In this document: positions 37,989 through 42,265 of the stretch, piece by piece
How positions within the stretch are numbered: the stretch's first letter is position 1
Layout of the letters: each line of letters opens with the position of its first letter
Assembly: GCA_964363455.1 (NCBI GenBank)
Contig: CAYIIM010000001.1
Coordinates: 1-42,265, forward strand
Direction: 5' to 3'
Source of the DNA: an uncultured Candidatus Saccharibacteria bacterium
Lineage (GTDB): Bacteria > Patescibacteriota > Minisyncoccia > UBA6257 > 2-01-FULL-56-20
DNA: 42,265 bases
Program-made: the position numbers and the translations under genes
Notes under the pieces: model-generated
Databases searched by the model: none
Told to the model about the DNA's origin: nothing
What the model saw: the letters and a program-made list of their open reading frames with translations, nothing else

Positions 37989-39713
37989 TTAAGCAACTTC
38001 CGAGTTGTAACATGATTCACAATAAATTATTTCTGGTCTATCTGGAGAATAGGCAGTTTCGAATTGGTTGGGGCATTGGCCGTCGGGATGGTGGGTGTGT
38101 TTCAAGGTGTTATCAAAAACTTTGTAATCACACATACATTTTCGAGTCCAGGTGCGGTTTGGGCCGCGGGCTTTGAAGCGGCGGTTGTGGCGACAGTCGG
38201 GGCAGAGTCGCGGTAGGGGAATTTGGAGTTGTTTATAGAACTCAAACTCACGGGGAATGATCAGATAGTTTTTATTGCAGCTTTGGCAGGCAAAAATTTG
38301 TTTAGGAACGTCAATGCCTTCGGTGTCTTTGATTGAATCAGGGGCGTTCTCCCATTTGATGGTTTCTTTGCCGAAGGTGCCACGGGAAAGATCTTCCCAT
38401 TTGAAGCCTTGTTTTAGAGCCTCTTCTTTAGTAAGGGGGAAGTTTTCAACAGCTAAAGTTTCGTTATATCCAAAAGGGGTTAATTCTTTTGGGAAAAAAT
38501 TTCCGTAACCAATCTCTTGGTCAATCTTTTTTCTAATTTCTCCAATGAGCGATAAATATTCTTCTTTGGTATATTGCTTGTTCAAGATGCAATATTCTTT
38601 TCTGACTAACCCATCACAACCTAGACAATTATTGCTGCTTAAACTATAGGTACAGTATTCGAGGTTGGTTGAGCTGAAACAGCGATTACAGGCGATAATT
38701 TTTGATGAATCTAAGCCACAAGTGAGGGAGTTGTAGATTAGCTCGCCGTTGCGTCCGGCAACATCACAGTCGTAGCAATCTTTTGCGCCCCGAAAGATAT
38801 GGACACCGTATTTGTTGTTTTCGACGTCATCGTAGCAATGGAAACATTGGAGACAGTTTTTTGCGTTTTTAATGTAATTGCCGGTGCTGTTTTCGGAGCT
38901 TATAATTTCCGCAAATCTTCTGGGCTGGGTGGTTAGAAAGTTTTCAAATTTTTCCCGTATTGCTTCTACGCCAGCATTAGTATCAAGGCGTGCTTCTTTT
39001 AAAAATTCTTCGTATTTTTCCTTTGTTAGGGGTTGGTTGAAGACGTGATATTGTTTGTTTCTTAGATTGACGCAACCAATACAATTAGAACAGTTTTTGC
39101 AGTCAAAAAGAAAAAAGCTGTCGCGGGAATCGTGGCAACCTTTGGAGTAAAAAAGTTTGTAGCAGTTGTAACAGTCGTCGCTTTCATACGAGAGTTCCGT
39201 TTCGGAGGCGAAGGAGGTGTCGAGACAGTCTTTGCATTTTTGAACCCAGTAGCAGTGAGTACAGTTTTCGTTGTTTGAAGACTGGATCACCATGTAGCAG
39301 TTTTTGTTTTCGGTGCAGAGATTGGTGTATTCGCAGTTGACGCTGGAGTTGTATAGGAGAGCGGCTTTGGGGACTTTGTCCCAGACTTCTTCCCATTGTT
39401 CAAAAAAGGGTTTATTGGGGTTGTAATCAATCCCAAATTCGCGAGCATCCCAATCAAATTTGAACCAACATTCGGAGCACCAAACAGTGAACGGTTTGTT
39501 GGGGCTGTAGATTGAAATAGTTTCTTTATTGCATCGGGCGCAGGGGCGTTTATAAAATACCCTTTCGTTTCTAAAGATGAGTCGTTGTTGAGCGCGGCAA
39601 AAAGGACAAAGTCCCGGGGGCGGGACTTGGATTTTTTCGTAATAGGAAAAGTCGTCGGGTTCAATGGTGAACTCGGATCGGCAGTTTTTGCAGGTGCGGA
39701 TTTCGGAGGTCAT
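37989..39713 (-). CDS. Cys-rich protein (574 aa) with duplicated zinc-ribbon termini
   Basis: N-terminal CKNCRSEFTIEPDDFSYYEKIQVPPPGLCPFCRAQQRLIFRNER and C-terminal CQSCNKNYLIIPREFEFYKQLQIPLPRLCPDCRHNRRFKARG. The middle is full of CxxC/CxDC repeats. 1-nt TAATG overlap with the upstream dehydrogenase gene. Confidence 0.65.
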   Translation of the reverse strand: MTSEIRTCKNCRSEFTIEPDDFSYYEKIQVPPPGLCPFCRAQQRLIFRNERVFYKRPCARCNKETISIYSPNKPFTVWCSECWFKFDWDAREFGIDYNPNKPFFEQWEEVWDKVPKAALLYNSSVNCEYTNLCTENKNCYMVIQSSNNENCTHCYWVQKCKDCLDTSFASETELSYESDDCYNCYKLFYSKGCHDSRDSFFLFDCKNCSNCIGCVNLRNKQYHVFNQPLTKEKYEEFLKEARLDTNAGVEAIREKFENFLTTQPRRFAEIISSENSTGNYIKNAKNCLQCFHCYDDVENNKYGVHIFRGAKDCYDCDVAGRNGELIYNSLTCGLDSSKIIACNRCFSSTNLEYCTYSLSSNNCLGCDGLVRKEYCILNKQYTKEEYLSLIGEIRKKIDQEIGYGNFFPKELTPFGYNETLAVENFPLTKEEALKQGFKWEDLSRGTFGKETIKWENAPDSIKDTEGIDVPKQIFACQSCNKNYLIIPREFEFYKQLQIPLPRLCPDCRHNRRFKARGPNRTWTRKCMCDYKVFDNTLKHTHHPDGQCPNQFETAYSPDRPEIIYCESCYNSEVA

Positions 39714-40729
39714 TACTTAACTAAATTCTTCGGAGTGCCGGTGATAAAGCTCTGGATGTTTTCGAGGGTGGTGTCGAGAATTCTTTGGAGAGCTTCCTTG
39801 GTGTTGAAGGCGTTGTGGGGGGTGACGATGACGTTGGGCATATCGATTAATACATGATTAGCGAGGACGGTTTTCAAGTCGTGTTCTTCGGGGTGGCCGC
39901 CGAGGATGAAATTAATTTCGCCGCTGGTTAAATTTTCTTCTTCTAAGACATCTAATCCGGCGCCGCCGAGTTGGCCGTCTTGGAGAGCTTTGACGAGTGC
40001 TTCAGTTTCAACGATGGCGCCCCGGGCGGTGTTGATTAAAATCGCGCTTTTTTTCATTAATTTAATTTTGTCCGCATTGATGAGATGGTGGGTCTCTTTC
40101 ATATACGGGACGTGGATGGAGACGACATCACTTTGTTTTAGTAAATCTTCGAGGGAGAGGTATTCATAGCTATTTAGTTTTTGGAATTCTAAATCGGGGA
40201 AAGGATCATAGGCGACGACGTTCATATCAAAACCCTTTGCCATTTTAATGATGTGTTTGCCAATTCGGCCGGTGCCGACGACGCCGAGGGTTTTGCCTTT
40301 AAGGTCGAAGCCTTGGAGATTGTCTTGGGCGAAACTGCCGGACTCGCGGATTTGATCAACGGAAAGGTAAATTTTTCTTGAGAGGGTCAGGATCAAACCA
40401 AAAGCGAATTCGGCGACGGTGTTTTCGCCGTAGGCGGGGACGTAGCTGACTGGAATGTTTTTTTCTTTGGCAGTGGTGACATCAACGTGATCGTATCCAG
40501 TGGAGCGGGTGGTGAGGAATTTTAAATCGGGGAAAGCATCAAAAACGGGTTTATCAACTTGGGAGCCGACAAAGACGGAGACGATTTCGGCGCTAGTGTC
40601 GGGTGGGAGATGGTCTTTGTCGAGCTGGTCGACGATAAATTCGGCTTCGATGGGGAGACCTAATGTTTGGATTTTATTTTGGATATATTCTTTTTCCCAA
40701 GGTTTGATGGAGAAAAATTGAGTTTTCAT
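39713..40729 (-). CDS. D-isomer-specific 2-hydroxyacid dehydrogenase (LdhA/PGDH-like)
   Basis: GKTLGVVGTGRIGKHIIKMAKGFDMNVVAYDP, ILINTARGAIVE, VIVTPHNAFNT. Confidence 0.8.
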   Translation of the reverse strand: MKTQFFSIKPWEKEYIQNKIQTLGLPIEAEFIVDQLDKDHLPPDTSAEIVSVFVGSQVDKPVFDAFPDLKFLTTRSTGYDHVDVTTAKEKNIPVSYVPAYGENTVAEFAFGLILTLSRKIYLSVDQIRESGSFAQDNLQGFDLKGKTLGVVGTGRIGKHIIKMAKGFDMNVVAYDPFPDLEFQKLNSYEYLSLEDLLKQSDVVSIHVPYMKETHHLINADKIKLMKKSAILINTARGAIVETEALVKALQDGQLGGAGLDVLEEENLTSGEINFILGGHPEEHDLKTVLANHVLIDMPNVIVTPHNAFNTKEALQRILDTTLENIQSFITGTPKNLVK

Positions 40730-40770
40730 GGGGTTAATTATAGGGCAAAAGAGGGGATTTTTGAAATGAG

Positions 40771-40798
40771 AAACCCCGTCCTTGGTAGGGCGGGGTTT
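40771..40798 (-). terminator. Hairpin terminator of the Clp_N cassette
   Basis: aaaccccgtcc pairs with gggcggggttt. Flank gatttttgaaatgagaaaccccg resembles that of 41580-41623. Confidence 0.45.
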
Positions 40799-40825
40799 GG
40801 CGGTCTGTGTGAGTGTCGAGTTATG

Positions 40826-41296
40826 TTAGTCGATCTTTTTCAGTTGGTCATCGATCTTGGAGTAATCGATGTCGTACATACCAAGCACTTGCGCGGCTGC
40901 GCTTTCTGCCTCCTTCGCGATGGCCAGAAGAATATGCTCGGGGTCGACTTCTGTGGCCTGTCGGGTCATTGCTTCTTCGATGGCGATTTCCCAAATTGTC
41001 TTGAATCTTGAGGTGACGGGGAGCGATCCTTCTCCTGGAGGATTTTCTGTGGGGGATTGAATGACTTCGGTCATGGATATTTTGAGGTCATTTATATCCA
41101 GACCTAAGTCTCCCAAAACCTGGATTGCGAGATTTGGTCTGCCTTTTGCGGCGGTGTTTCGAGGGTTGATCAAACCCAGTAGAAGATGTTCGGTGCCGAG
41201 AAAGTCATGTTTCAGTTGTCTGGCTGCAAGATCGGCAAGCCCGATCGATCTTTTTGACAACTCGGATGGTTTAAGTTTTGGCTCTTGTTCTCCCAT
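40826..41296 (-). CDS. Stand-alone Clp N-terminal (Clp_N repeat) domain protein; SD-led cassette
   Basis: Start at ATG 41296 preceded by GGAGGAAG. LGTEHLLLGLINP and VDPEHILLAIAKE are the two Clp_N repeat signatures. Confidence 0.7.
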   Translation of the reverse strand: MGEQEPKLKPSELSKRSIGLADLAARQLKHDFLGTEHLLLGLINPRNTAAKGRPNLAIQVLGDLGLDINDLKISMTEVIQSPTENPPGEGSLPVTSRFKTIWEIAIEEAMTRQATEVDPEHILLAIAKEAESAAAQVLGMYDIDYSKIDDQLKKID

Positions 41297-41323
41297 ACTT
41301 CTTCCTCCGCTTCGTGTGGTTGT

Positions 41324-41371
41324 TTGTAGACAGTTCTTGAGGAGTTTCCGCTCGCCAAAAACTGTCCACAA
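41324..41371 (-). promoter_or_regulatory. 12-bp leader hairpin of the Clp_N cassette
   Basis: 41324-41335 is complementary to 41360-41371. The single wobble pair is G-U only on the minus strand. Confidence 0.45.
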
Positions 41372-41392
41372 ATTCCTGTCAAAATTCTGGGT

Positions 41393-41421
41393 TTATATTA
41401 CTATTTTGTCGGGTTTTGTCA
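41393..41421 (-). promoter_or_regulatory. Promoter TTGACA-16-TAATAT
   Basis: Reverse strand: TTGACAAAAC at 41421-41412, -10 at 41399-41394. Confidence 0.5.
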
Positions 41422-41579
41422 ATCCCGATTAGAAATAGCAGTTCTAAATGGCTTACACCACACTTTCAGTGGAACTGATTTCTAACGGGACTTGGGTTAA
41501 CGATATAATATAAAAGAGTAATTTTTTTAGTGGAGATTTTTATTTTTGGGAGGTTTTGGAAGAGATTTTGAAATGAAGA

Positions 41580-41623
41580 AACCCCGCCGTGGTGCAGGTG
41601 GCGGGGTTCGTGTTTTTCTCTTT
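41580..41623. terminator. Hairpin terminator (bidirectional T-runs)
   Basis: aaccccgcc (41580-41588) pairs with ggcggggtt (41600-41608), followed by cgtgtttttctcttt. Confidence 0.5.
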
Positions 41624-41640
41624 GTTGACGATTAGGTTGA

Positions 41641-42093
41641 CTACTGGGCTGGATTCGATTGGGTTGTTTCGGTTTCTCTATAAGGAACCGATCCCAGAAG
41701 TTTCACTCCAGCCGACACAATTCTGCCAGATTCAAGAAACCCTACATGCCAGTGGTGAAAGTCATCTCTTTGGCCACTGCGGAAGAAGTGCATGTCCATT
41801 TGAATAGCATCTGATGGGTGAAAGCGACAGAGGAAGCCTTCGATCCGCGCCGATCTTCTGAGTGCATCCTGCATCATCTCGAATTCATGATTTTGATAAC
41901 ACAGGAATGCGCGGAGAGGTTCGTACACCTCAGGTAGGCTAGAGTTTGGATCTGGATCACTCAGCCAGCAAGTTAAGGCGAAGGACGGTAGTCCTAAAGC
42001 CGCGGCTAGGCCTTTACTTGATCGAAGCACAGCCCAGTCTTCCATTTCGCGTCTGAGCTCGGCGCTACAGATGATTGTCAACTTCTTAAACAT
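41641..42093 (-). CDS. Hypothetical protein (150 aa); SD-led cassette
   Basis: AAGGAG 8 nt upstream of the ATG. No recognisable motif. Confidence 0.5.
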   Translation of the reverse strand: MFKKLTIICSAELRREMEDWAVLRSSKGLAAALGLPSFALTCWLSDPDPNSSLPEVYEPLRAFLCYQNHEFEMMQDALRRSARIEGFLCRFHPSDAIQMDMHFFRSGQRDDFHHWHVGFLESGRIVSAGVKLLGSVPYRETETTQSNPAQ

Positions 42094-42172
42094 CGCAATT
42101 CTCCTTTCGGATCGGCTTGCTATGGCCGGTTTGGGTTTTGTGTAGAGCGGTTAGTAATCTACTACTAACGAT

Positions 42173-42202
42173 ATCTTACGGGATATTTCGTGGTTTTGTC
42201 AA
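42173..42202 (-). promoter_or_regulatory. Promoter TTGACA-18-TAAGAT
   Basis: Reverse strand: TTGACAAAAC from 42202, -10 at 42178-42173. Confidence 0.45.
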
Positions 42203-42265
42203 AGCAATAGTGTTTTAGGCACACACATATGGCGGGTTTGTTTGTCGGTGTTCGACCAGAAATTC

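Noticed and set aside
40667-41432. Plus-strand ORFs 40667-41011, 40813-41004, 40869-41060 and 41061-41432
   Set aside because: They are antisense to the Clp_N gene, whose SD, promoter, leader hairpin wobble pair and domain motifs all support the minus strand.
1-42265. Reverse transcriptase/DGR, retron, CRISPR-Cas, restriction-modification or other recognisable defence systems, and rRNA/tRNA genes
   Set aside because: No RT, Cas, methyltransferase or nuclease-helicase signatures appear in any long ORF. No cloverleaf-compatible T-arm/acceptor combinations were found by eye. A tRNAscan/Infernal run would be needed to exclude tRNAs formally.

Overview
This 42.3-kb window holds two genomic contexts. 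Bases 1 to ~5.4 kb are visibly GC-rich (by eye, not computed). They carry mobile-element-type genes: a partial NlpC/P60-LamG peptidase, a replication-relaxation protein, a small-ORF plus 402-aa pair, and an N-terminally truncated tyrosine recombinase. They also contain a ~365-nt nested inverted-repeat element. From ~5.45 kb onward the sequence is lower in GC and resident gene starts almost never have a Shine-Dalgarno motif. The gene set there (GAD-less aspS, long adk-like gene, domain-1-less RF1, rpsP-KH, efp, eno, GxxExxY protein, LTD-domain giant) resembles a Patescibacteria/CPR-type genome; this is inference. The stand-out is a surface-structure locus at ~20.2-33.1 kb. A Sec11/SipW-type (S26B) signal peptidase sits among four proteins that share a nearly invariant AFEAH(V/I)xNVTA N-terminal segment. 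Three of these are Cys-rich paralogs, one of which ends in a vWA domain; the fourth is a 920-aa LTD/beta-helix protein. Three further proteins are built from an Asn/Gly-rich TGGN...TGDA...NxVNTN repeat. I read this locus as a candidate TasA/bundling-pilus-like donor-strand fibre or matrix system, apparently undescribed for this kind of genome. Two of its leaders carry a conserved attenuator-like RNA motif with compensatory base-pair changes, and a 9-mer (AAGGTCGAG) recurs upstream of secreted-protein genes. Other notable items: five single-gene cassettes, each with a promoter (four near-consensus TTGACA types, one weak), a strong SD and a terminator, four with a long leader hairpin, embedded in the SD-poor background; a PaaX/Cas2-fold regulator bracketed by two 40-42-bp perfect palindromes; a HigBA-like cassette flanked by duplicated mgtC 3' ends; several promoter-to-terminator small-RNA candidates; and a ~490-nt structured non-coding region that I could not classify. 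I found no rRNA, tRNA or CRISPR array.
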